From assembly GCA_020062745.1 (NCBI GenBank), contig JAGUVT010000014.1, forward strand, positions 23,521 through 87,520: DNA of 64,000 nucleotides, given 5' to 3'. A model generated the notes under the pieces. That model ran no database searches. It was not told the origin of the DNA and saw only the letters and a program-made list of their open reading frames with translations. The position numbers and the translations under genes were made by a program. Numbering within the stretch: the first letter of the stretch is position 1; every line of letters starts with the position of its first letter. Source of the DNA: Deltaproteobacteria bacterium. GTDB lineage: Bacteria; Bacillota; Desulfotomaculia; Desulfotomaculales; JAGUVT01. Below are positions 10,340-18,134 of the stretch, in pieces.

Positions 10340-13181
10340 CTGCCATGGCTATAATTTGTTGTTTGGCAAAACCTTTTTGCTGTGATGCCCCGCTGGGACA
10401 GGATGCCACACAGGCGCCGCAGCCCTGGCAAAGCACCTCGTGCACACGGGCGATCATCCCGTTTTCCCTGTCCAGATAGCGGGCGTCATAAGCACAAACC
10501 GCAACGCAGAGACCGCATCCCTTGCAGCAATCCTCGTCCACTGTAGCCACAATGCCGAGGCTTTCCAGACGGTCTTTGGATAAAAGGGTTACCGCCCGCA
10601 CTGCGGCTGCATTAGCCTGGGCTATCGACTCGCCGAGCAGTTTCGGCGAATGGCCCAGACCGCACAGGTAAATGCCGTCGGCAGCAAAGTCTACCGGGCG
10701 GAGTTTCATGTGCGCTTCAGCAAAAAACCTGTCTGCCGTCAGCGCCACCTTGAATAACCAGCTTAACTTTTCGTTATCACTACGTGGTGCCACACCAGTG
10801 CTCAAAACCAGCAAATCGGCGTCTAAGGATACTTGTTCCCCCAAAACCGGGTCATTTACCTGCAGAGTAAGATGCGAGCCGGAAGCAGTAACTGACGGTT
10901 TATTTTCAAGGTCGTAACGGATGAAAATCACCCCTTTCGACCTGGCCTTTTTATAGTATTTTTCCATGAAGCCGTACATCCGGACATCGCGGTAAAGAAT
11001 GAAAACGTTGGCCGCCGGATTTATTTCTTTGATTTTAAGGGCGTTTTTTATGGCATGGGAACAACAAATCCGGCTGCAGTAAGGACGCCCTTCCTGTCTT
11101 GAACCGACGCACTGGATCATGACTATGTTTTTAACCCCCGGCAGTTCGTTTCCCACTATTTTATGTTCCAGTTCGGTTTGGGTCAATACAGACGGGTGTT
11201 CTCCGTACATGTACTCCTCCGGCCTCGCTTCCCGGGCGCCGATAGCCATGATTACGACTCCATGGGTCAGCTCTCTGATTTCTCTGCCCAGCTTTACTTT
11301 TGTGCGGTAATTGCCAACATAACCCGATACTTCCTTGATTTCGGCTCCTGTGAGCACCGTTATCCGGGGATTTTCCTGTAATTGGTTAACCAGTCGACCT
11401 AATAAAACCTGCGGATTGTTACCCTGGATCGTGTAAAAAAGGTTCCGGGCATTTCCTCCCAGTTCCTTTTCTTTTTCTACCAAGTAGACGTCAAATCCCT
11501 GACCGGCCAGAGACAAAGCTGCAGTTATCCCCGCCATTCCCCCGCCGGCCACCAGGGCCCGCCTGTTGACCTCAATAAAAGAGGTGGCAACCGGTTCCAA
11601 CAAGCAGGCCTTGGCTACTGACATGGAAACCAGTTCTTTGGCTTTCTCGGTAGCTGCCGCCGGCTGGTCGCGGTGAACCCATGCGGAATGTTCACGGATG
11701 TTGGCCTGTTCAAACAAATGGGGATTAAGGCCAGCCTCCCGCATGCTGCTCATAAACAGGGGAGCATGAGTGCGGGGAGTACAAGAGGCTACCACCAGAC
11801 GGTTTAAACCATATTCGATAATCCGCTCTTTTATCTTCTGAATGTTATCCTGCGAGCAGGTGAATAGAAATTCTTCAGCGTATTTGACGTTTCGCAGGCC
11901 GCCGGCATATTTGACTACTTCCGGCACGTTGATTATGCCGCCGATATTTATGCCGCAATTACACACGAATACTCCTACCGACGGCTCTTCGTCGCTGACA
12001 TCTCTTTCCGGCGGATATTCTTTAGCAGCGGTTAAAGAACCGCGGGCAGTACTCAAAAGACAGGAGGCATGAGCTGCCGCAGCACTGGATTCCACTACCG
12101 TTTCCGGAATGTCTTTTGGTCCGCAAAAAGCGCCGCTGACAAATACGCCCTCTTTTGATGTGCAGCCCGGTTTAAATTCATCAGGCTGGCAGAAGCCGTA
12201 TTCATTTAGTTTGATTCCCGTTCTTCCAGCTAGTTCCCCCGCGGAAGCAGACGGACGCAGGCCAACTGACAGAACAACCAGGTCAAAATCTTCCTCGGCA
12301 AATTTTCCGTTAGCTTTACGGTACTTGATCCGGAGGGTCTTTTCTTGTTGTAATTCCCTCACCGTCGAGACGATACATTTTTCATAGCGCACCCCATGTT
12401 CCAGCCTGGCCCTGTCGTAGTACTTCTCAAAATCCTTGCCGAAAGCCCGCACATCTATGTAAAATATGGCAGTCTCCAGGCCGGGTACGTGTTCCTGGGC
12501 GATAATGGCCTGCTTGGTCGCATACATACAGCAAACCGCCGAGCAGTATTCACTTCCCTTATCGGTACTGTCGCGGGAACCGATACACTGGATGAAGGCG
12601 ATCTTTTTGGGTTCTGTTTTATCCGAGGGACGTACCAGGTGTCCCTGGAAAGGACCGGAAGCGCTCAACATGCGCTCGAACTGGATGCTGGTCAGCACAT
12701 TGGGGTAAATTCCCCACCCGAACTCTTGCCTTAGTCTGGCGTCAAAGGGTTCGAACCCGGGGCTTAAGATGACTGCGCCGGCTGCCAGTTCTATCTCTTC
12801 ATCGCTCATCGAATGGTCAATTGCTGCAGGCAGGCAGACCTTTGTGCATTCCAGGCATTCTGAACATACACCGCAGTTCAGGCACCGTTCGGCTTCTTTT
12901 TTGGCCTGCTGCAGGGTATAGCCGGCGCTGACCTCGCTGAAATTTTTAGCTCTCTCCACCGGTTCGGCGCAAGAAACAGGCTCGGGCTCAAACCGCGGGA
13001 TCTCATCCCCGGCGAAGCGAAGCGGGGCTACCTTTTCCTCTGATACCTTAAAGGTGTTCTTTAACTCCAGTCCCTGTAAATACTGGTGAATGGACTCAGC
13101 CGCCAGTTTGCCGGCTGCCACCGCTTCAATTACCGTCTTCGGTCCGGTCACGGCGTCGCCGCCGGCAAAAACGCCGGGCAA
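10323..13181 (-). CDS. HdrL-like giant flavo-Fe-S protein, C-terminal ORF (end of GltD-like module, remainder of first HdrA unit, second HdrA unit, C-terminal 2x[4Fe-4S] ferredoxin)
   Basis: 952-aa ORF that begins inside the GltD FAD motif (L)PGVFAGGDAVTGPKTVIEAVAAGKLAA. HdrA motifs QCIGSRD...CSAVCCMYA and QCVGSRQ...CSRICCSHA are present, as is a second dinucleotide fold VAGGGMAGITAAL. The terminal motifs are CKGCGLCVAVC and CQGCGACVASCP. The frame is open upstream of the annotated TTG. Confidence 0.85.
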   Translation of the reverse strand: MPGVFAGGDAVTGPKTVIEAVAAGKLAAESIHQYLQGLELKNTFKVSEEKVAPLRFAGDEIPRFEPEPVSCAEPVERAKNFSEVSAGYTLQQAKKEAERCLNCGVCSECLECTKVCLPAAIDHSMSDEEIELAAGAVILSPGFEPFDARLRQEFGWGIYPNVLTSIQFERMLSASGPFQGHLVRPSDKTEPKKIAFIQCIGSRDSTDKGSEYCSAVCCMYATKQAIIAQEHVPGLETAIFYIDVRAFGKDFEKYYDRARLEHGVRYEKCIVSTVRELQQEKTLRIKYRKANGKFAEEDFDLVVLSVGLRPSASAGELAGRTGIKLNEYGFCQPDEFKPGCTSKEGVFVSGAFCGPKDIPETVVESSAAAAHASCLLSTARGSLTAAKEYPPERDVSDEEPSVGVFVCNCGINIGGIINVPEVVKYAGGLRNVKYAEEFLFTCSQDNIQKIKERIIEYGLNRLVVASCTPRTHAPLFMSSMREAGLNPHLFEQANIREHSAWVHRDQPAAATEKAKELVSMSVAKACLLEPVATSFIEVNRRALVAGGGMAGITAALSLAGQGFDVYLVEKEKELGGNARNLFYTIQGNNPQVLLGRLVNQLQENPRITVLTGAEIKEVSGYVGNYRTKVKLGREIRELTHGVVIMAIGAREARPEEYMYGEHPSVLTQTELEHKIVGNELPGVKNIVMIQCVGSRQEGRPYCSRICCSHAIKNALKIKEINPAANVFILYRDVRMYGFMEKYYKKARSKGVIFIRYDLENKPSVTASGSHLTLQVNDPVLGEQVSLDADLLVLSTGVAPRSDNEKLSWLFKVALTADRFFAEAHMKLRPVDFAADGIYLCGLGHSPKLLGESIAQANAAAVRAVTLLSKDRLESLGIVATVDEDCCKGCGLCVAVCAYDARYLDRENGMIARVHEVLCQGCGACVASCPSGASQQKGFAKQQIIAMADAALG

Positions 13182-13234
13182 ATCAGTAGCTAAAGTTTCC
13201 TGAACAGCTGTAATATTGCCGCTCCGGCTTATAT

Positions 13235-14743
13235 TTACCGGGAGATCAAGAGGCAGGTCTGGTTTTGACCCACGGCCAGGAGCACTGTATCCGCTTCCAG
13301 GAAAAACTCGCTTCCTTTTACCGGTATGGGAGCGAGCCGGCCGCTGGCGTCGGGCTCACTCAGTTCATTCCGGAGGCATTCCATGCGCGTCAGCCTGCCG
13401 TTTTCGCCGTGGAAAGCCTTGGGAGCCGTCAACATCAGGAATGCGATGCCTTCTTCTTTGGCTTCTCTAATTTCTTCCGGAAGGGCCGTGATTTCCGCCT
13501 CGGTTCGCCGGTATACGATGGTAACGTTTTCTGCGCCCAGGCGCAATGCCGTACGGGCACAATCCATGGCTGTGTTTCCACCGCCGATTACAGCTACCTG
13601 CCGGCCGACTTCTACTTTTTCACCCAGGGCTACGCTACGCAAGAAATCTAGGCCGTGCATCACTCCGTTAAGTTCTTCTCCTGGCACACCCAACCGGGTG
13701 CCCTTGTGGGCGCCGATAGCCAGAAAAACCGCCTGGTAAGCTTCATCCTGTAGACTTTGCAGGGTGAAGTCCTTACCCAGCCCGGTGTTATAACGAATCT
13801 CAAGCCCCATTTTAATCAGCAGTTCGACTTCCAACTGCACCCACTTTTTGGGCAACCGGTACTCGGGGATACCCACGCGCATCATCCCGCCAGCCACCGG
13901 TAAGGCTTCAAATACTGTTACCGTATAGCCTTTCTTAAGCAACTGGTAAGCTGCTGACAAACCAGCCGGGCCGGCGCCGACAACAGCCACCTTTTTGTTT
14001 TTCGCTTCTTCGCTTGCCGGCAGAGGCAGTTCACCCAAGTTATTATAGGCAAAGTCTGCCGCCACCCGTTTAAGATGCATAATATTAACCGGCTTATCAA
14101 TACTGCTCCGGTGGCACCCGGTCTGGCAGGGGTGCGTACAGATCCGTCCACAGGCTGCCGGGAAAGGATTGTCCCGGTAAACCATCTGCCACGCTTCCAT
14201 AAGTTTACCTGTTTTGATCAACTGGATGTATCCCTGTGCGTTTACACCTGCCGGGCAGGCTGCCCGGCAGGGCGGTATGCCTGTTTTTTCAATGGCGAAG
14301 GCGTTGGGGGTAGCCTGCGGGTAGAACTTGTAAATAGCCTTTCGCTGTGCCAGTCCGGCGTCAAAGTCGCTGGTAACTTCCACCGGACAGGCCCGGGCGC
14401 AGTCGCCGCATCCGGTACATTTTTCCAAGTCCACATACCGGGCCTTTTTCTTCAATTTAACCCGGAAGTTGCCCGGCTCACCGCTTAAGCTCCGGACTTC
14501 GGCGCCAGTCAGGACCTGGATATTGAGGTGCCGCCCGGTATCAACCAGCCGTGGGGACATGGTGCACATGGCGCAATCGTTGGTCGGAAAGGTTTTGTCC
14601 AGCCGGGCCATGGTGCCGCCGATAGCCGTCTGGTTTTCTACCAGGTAGACTTTAAAACCGGCTTCGGCCAGGTCCAGGGCCGACTGCATGCCGCTAATAC
14701 CGCCTCCGACAACCATTACGGCGCCGATTTTTTCATTATTCAT
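13235..14743 (-). CDS. HdrL-like giant flavo-Fe-S protein, N-terminal ORF (HdrA N-terminus plus inserted GltD/NfnB-like NAD(P)H module), ends prematurely
   Basis: 502 aa with VVGGGISGMQSALDLA...LDKTFPTNDCAMC (HdrA N-terminus), then VAVVGAGPAGLSAAY...VIGGGNTAMDCART (glutamate-synthase-small-subunit-like module). SD AAGGAAGG precedes the start. It stops 9 codons after the conserved ADTVLLAVGQ. The rest of the domain continues in the -1 frame. Confidence 0.85.
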   Translation of the reverse strand: MNNEKIGAVMVVGGGISGMQSALDLAEAGFKVYLVENQTAIGGTMARLDKTFPTNDCAMCTMSPRLVDTGRHLNIQVLTGAEVRSLSGEPGNFRVKLKKKARYVDLEKCTGCGDCARACPVEVTSDFDAGLAQRKAIYKFYPQATPNAFAIEKTGIPPCRAACPAGVNAQGYIQLIKTGKLMEAWQMVYRDNPFPAACGRICTHPCQTGCHRSSIDKPVNIMHLKRVAADFAYNNLGELPLPASEEAKNKKVAVVGAGPAGLSAAYQLLKKGYTVTVFEALPVAGGMMRVGIPEYRLPKKWVQLEVELLIKMGLEIRYNTGLGKDFTLQSLQDEAYQAVFLAIGAHKGTRLGVPGEELNGVMHGLDFLRSVALGEKVEVGRQVAVIGGGNTAMDCARTALRLGAENVTIVYRRTEAEITALPEEIREAKEEGIAFLMLTAPKAFHGENGRLTRMECLRNELSEPDASGRLAPIPVKGSEFFLEADTVLLAVGQNQTCLLISR

Positions 14744-14847
14744 AAGCGAAACCTTCCTTAGGTGAATTTAGATGAACTTTGCAAAACTACTCAACAACCG
14801 ACTACCTTTGATTAGGAAAAATTTCCTCTTTTCTATTTTATTAAAAA

Positions 14848-14870
14848 CTGACTGCTGACTGCTGACTGCT
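14848..14870. repeat. 7-bp tandem repeat (CTGACTG x3.3) in the 140-bp hdrB-hdrL intergenic gap
   Basis: Direct reading gives ctgactg ctgactg ctgactg ct at 14848-14870. Confidence 0.85.
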
Positions 14871-14883
14871 TAATAGCCGGACA

Positions 14884-15741
14884 TTAGCCCGCTAAAGACA
14901 GTGAACGCAACAGCGGAAACGGATCCACCAGATGTTTCGGCCACCAGTTCCGTTCTTCCGGCATGCCGAAAGCCAGACCGATTAGTTCGGTAAAGAAAAA
15001 TGCTGGGATGCCGCTAAATGGTTTCTTTCTTCTCATTTCCAGGTTGGACTGGCAGAGCGGACAGGCAGTAACAATGGCCATGGCTCCGGCTTCGGCGGCC
15101 ATATCTAAAAGAAGCCCGACCATTTCCTGGACGGCGTCGCTTTTAACCAGGCTTAAACTGGCTCCGCAACAATCGGTCTTATACGACCACATTAAAGGTT
15201 CTGCTCCCAGGCTGGAAACTATTTTATCCAAAATAACCGGATTTTCTGTTTGGTCAAAGCCGGTTATTTCCGGCGGACGAACCAGCAGGCAACCGTAATA
15301 ACAAACCACCTTCAAACCGGTAAGCGGCTTTTTTACCAGACTTGCCATGGTGTCCGCGCCGACCTGGTAATAAATAGTTTCCAGCAATGACTGAACGTTA
15401 ACTGTGCCGTTAAATTTAAAGCCCACCACTTCTTCCACTTTTTTACGTTCCACTTCATTTTCTTGCAGGACATAAGCAGCAGTTTTTAAACGGTTGTAGC
15501 AGGCCGAGCAGGGGGCAACCAGACATTGCGCCGCTTCTTCCTGGGCCAGGGCCAGGTTACGGGCCGGTAAGGCCAGGGCCAGCAAATGATTGATGCTATG
15601 GGCGGAAGTAGCGCCGCAGCAATTCCAGTCCTGCAGTTCTGCCATTTCCAGACCCAGGTGACGGCATACCGTCCTGGCCGAAAGGTCATATTCTTTAGCC
15701 GTGGCTTCCAGCGAACACCCTGGATAATAAGCTATTTTCAA
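14884..15741 (-). CDS. hdrB: Heterodisulfide reductase subunit B-like protein (two CCG domains)
   Basis: 285 aa with two CCG repeats: YYPGCS...NCCGATS...APCSACY and YYGCLL...DCCGASL...TACPLCQ. TTG start with AAAGGTGG upstream. Confidence 0.9.
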   Translation of the reverse strand: MKIAYYPGCSLEATAKEYDLSARTVCRHLGLEMAELQDWNCCGATSAHSINHLLALALPARNLALAQEEAAQCLVAPCSACYNRLKTAAYVLQENEVERKKVEEVVGFKFNGTVNVQSLLETIYYQVGADTMASLVKKPLTGLKVVCYYGCLLVRPPEITGFDQTENPVILDKIVSSLGAEPLMWSYKTDCCGASLSLVKSDAVQEMVGLLLDMAAEAGAMAIVTACPLCQSNLEMRRKKPFSGIPAFFFTELIGLAFGMPEERNWWPKHLVDPFPLLRSLSLAG

Positions 15742-15765
15742 TTAATTATACCACCTTTTAGAGCT

Positions 15766-16326
15766 TTATTGTTTGGCGGCTTCTTTGAAAATTTGCCGGA
15801 CTTCTTTTAGCCGTTTAATTCTCTTGGGCAAAAAAGCAAACTTCCCTTTTTTAAACATCTTCAGTCCGATATCCAGGTCGGCAAACAGTGTCCTGCTTCT
15901 CAGCTTGTACTGCGCCATCATTGACAGTTCATGCACTCGCCCGTCGCGGCGCACTGAATTTAAAAAAGCGTTATGAAACAGGGGGATATTTTTCTCTCCG
16001 GATAGTGCCCGCTCTTTAACGGCCATCTCGCGCAGGGCATCCGTTACAGCAGCAATTTTGATGCCGTTCGGGCAGCGGGCGCCGCACGTTTCGCAGCCGG
16101 AACAAAGCCAGATAAAAGAACTGTTAAGGATGCGCTCTTTGAGGCCGTACTGAATCATTCGTACTACCTGGTTGGGGTGATAATCGGCATGCTCTGCTAC
16201 CGGACAGCCGGAAGAACACTTTTGGCACTGGTAACACAACTCAATGGCTTGACCGGACCGTTTTTTAATTTCCTGTATAAAGGATAGATCCAGCATAACG
16301 GGTCCTTTCGAAGTCATGATCTGCAC
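15766..16326 (-). CDS. hdrC: Heterodisulfide reductase subunit C-like protein (2x[4Fe-4S])
   Basis: Motifs CYQCQKCSSGCP and CSGCETCGARCP are present. The true start may be ATG 16296 (AAAGGA 6 nt upstream). Confidence 0.88.
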   Translation of the reverse strand: MQIMTSKGPVMLDLSFIQEIKKRSGQAIELCYQCQKCSSGCPVAEHADYHPNQVVRMIQYGLKERILNSSFIWLCSGCETCGARCPNGIKIAAVTDALREMAVKERALSGEKNIPLFHNAFLNSVRRDGRVHELSMMAQYKLRSRTLFADLDIGLKMFKKGKFAFLPKRIKRLKEVRQIFKEAAKQ

Positions 16327-16343
16327 TATTAATCACTCTCTTT

Positions 16344-16979
16344 TTAATAATCATTTTCATGAGGGATATCATTATTGGGGAAATTGCCACCGAAAGCATC
16401 ATTGGCCACCCTCAAGGGCATGTTCTCAATTACCATTTCGTAAATGGCTTCTGTTCCCAGTTCAGGGTAGGCGATCACCCGGGCATCTTTTATACACTTG
16501 GAAATCAGCGCGGCTGCTCCGGAAAAAGTAACAAAATAAACAGCTTTATATTTTTTCATGGCTTCAATTACTTTTTGTGACCGGTACCCCTTGCCGATGG
16601 TCCCCTTTAAACCTAAAGCAAGAAGCCTGGGAGTGTAAACATCCATTCGTTCACTGGTGGTCGGTCCGGCCGAACCGATTACATGGCCGGGCCTGGCCGG
16701 AGTCGGTCCGGCATAAAAAATAACCTGGCCTTTGAGATCAATTGGCAACTCTTTACCTTGATCCAAAAGTTCGCTTAGCTTTTTATGAGCAGCATCACGG
16801 GCTGTATAAAGTCTGCCGCTCAAGGCAACCCGGTGGCCAGCTCTTAAGATTTCTACGACTTCATCAGTTAAAGGGGTTGAAAGTTTAATCTGATCCACCT
16901 TAGAACCATCTCCTCCATCTCCCTTTTTATCTCTTTCTTTTAATGTTTGGGGCAAGCTTTTTATTTGTATACTCTTCAT
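16344..16979 (-). CDS. fumB: Class I fumarate hydratase, beta (C-terminal domain) subunit
   Basis: Core sequence IKLSTPLTDEVVEILRAGHRVALSGRLYTARDAAHKKL...GPTTSERMD. ATG 16979 overlaps the alpha-subunit stop (ATGA). An alternative start is GTG 16898 (VDQIKLSTPL), preceded by GGAGATGGAGGAG. Confidence 0.88.
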   Translation of the reverse strand: MKSIQIKSLPQTLKERDKKGDGGDGSKVDQIKLSTPLTDEVVEILRAGHRVALSGRLYTARDAAHKKLSELLDQGKELPIDLKGQVIFYAGPTPARPGHVIGSAGPTTSERMDVYTPRLLALGLKGTIGKGYRSQKVIEAMKKYKAVYFVTFSGAAALISKCIKDARVIAYPELGTEAIYEMVIENMPLRVANDAFGGNFPNNDIPHENDY

Positions 16980-17821
16980 AAAATAGCACTCTTGTAGCGG
17001 CTGGCATGGCAGTTTATATTTACCGCTACCGGCAGGCTGGCTATATGGGTGGCGAAGACCTCCACATGAACGGCCAGAGCGGTAGTCTTACCGCCGATTC
17101 CCAGGGGACCTATATCCAAAGCATTAATTTCCTCCAGCAACTCCTCTTCCAGACAAGCTATATCGGCCATCCTGCTTTTCTTTCCCACGGGCCTGAGCAA
17201 GGCTTCTTTTGCAATCAGCGCGGCTTTTTCAAAATTTCCACCGATACCTACCCCCAGCACTACCGGCGGGCAAGCATTAGGACCAGCTTCTTTTACCACG
17301 TTAATGACGAACTTCTTAACTCCTTCCACACCTTCCGACGGTTTCAACATTTTAATGGCGCTGGTATTTTCACTACCGCACCCCTTGGCCAGAACAGTTA
17401 GCTTTAAATTTTCACCCGGTACTATATTGGTATGAATTATTGCTGGAGTATTATCTCCGGTATTCTTCCGTTCCAACGGATGTCTTACTATTGACTTGCG
17501 CAGGTAGCCTTCGCGGTACCCTTTCCTTACCCCCTCGTTAATCGCCTTATAAAAATCTCCACCAGTGACATGAACGTCCTGTCCAAGTTCTATAAAAACA
17601 ACAGCAAAACCCGTATCCTGGCAGATTGGGATACCTTCCGTACGGGCGATTTCGGCATTTTTAATCAGATTTTGGATAATCCTTTTCCCTGGAATGGACA
17701 CTTCTTGTTCATATGCTTTTTGAAAACTATCCAGGACATCTTTTCCAAGATTAAAGTTGGCTTCTTGGCATAGTCGCGCTACAGCTTCAATGATTAAATT
17801 GGTGTCGATAGATTTTATGAT
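16976..17821 (-). CDS. fumA: Class I fumarate hydratase, alpha (N-terminal domain) subunit; probable non-canonical start codon
   Basis: The track ORF starts at GTG 17701. The frame stays open for 40 more codons, IIKSIDTNLIIEAVARLCQEANFNLGKDVLDSFQKAYEQE, which looks like the conserved fumarase N-terminus. A strong SD AAGAGGAGGGGG sits just upstream of ATC 17821 / ATA 17818. The PICQDTG motif follows. Confidence 0.8.
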   Translation of the reverse strand: MIKSIDTNLIIEAVARLCQEANFNLGKDVLDSFQKAYEQEVSIPGKRIIQNLIKNAEIARTEGIPICQDTGFAVVFIELGQDVHVTGGDFYKAINEGVRKGYREGYLRKSIVRHPLERKNTGDNTPAIIHTNIVPGENLKLTVLAKGCGSENTSAIKMLKPSEGVEGVKKFVINVVKEAGPNACPPVVLGVGIGGNFEKAALIAKEALLRPVGKKSRMADIACLEEELLEEINALDIGPLGIGGKTTALAVHVEVFATHIASLPVAVNINCHASRYKSAIL

Positions 17822-17865
17822 GCCCCCTCCTCTTTACGAAGCGCCGACATCCCTTATTTAATAAT

Positions 17866-17893
17866 AATATAAAATTTTAATCTTGTTAAGCAA
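17866..17893 (-). promoter_or_regulatory. Candidate sigma-A-type promoter of the fumarase/methylmalonyl-CoA supra-operon
   Basis: On the minus strand: TTGCTT (17893-17888), a 16-nt spacer, then TATATT (17871-17866), about 40 nt upstream of the fumA SD. The -35 lies inside a tandem ATTTGCTTAA repeat. Confidence 0.4.
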
Positions 17894-17905
17894 ATTTAAG
17901 CAAAA
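17886..17905. repeat. Tandem 10-bp direct repeat (TTAAGCAAAT / TTAAGCAAAA) overlapping the candidate operon promoter
   Basis: Direct reading of 17886-17905. On the minus strand it reads tTTTGCTTAA-ATTTGCTTAA. Confidence 0.7.
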
Positions 17906-18058
17906 TGCATACCACTTTTTGGCCTGTCTAATTTAACCATACCCACGCATTAGTCATCATCAACCCAACAGTTAAAGAACCTCCGGTTTTTCATTTTATC
18001 TAAAAGCTAATTTTCGACGAAAACAAAAGAGAATCCTTCTAAAAGTTTAAATTTTTAA

Positions 18059-18099
18059 CGAACAAGTGTTTTAAAGATAGTCTTAGTTTATGTTATAAT
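18059..18099 (+). promoter_or_regulatory. lexA promoter with SOS (Cheo) box
   Basis: CGAACAAGTGTTTT (18059-18072) fits the Gram-positive consensus CGAACRNRYGTTYC at 13 of 14 positions. An extended -10 TGtTATAAT lies at 18091-18099, and the box abuts the -35 position. Confidence 0.65.
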
Positions 18100-18134
18100 T
18101 ATAAAAATGACTTACCATTTAAGGAGATGAAAAA

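Noticed and set aside
13235-13270. Programmed -1 ribosomal frameshift as the explanation for the HdrL split.
   Set aside because: The shift site (ggt caa aac) is not an X XXY YYZ slippery heptamer, and I see no convincing downstream pseudoknot or hairpin. A homopolymer indel, either a sequencing error or a real mutation, is the simpler explanation. I keep recoding only as a minor possibility.
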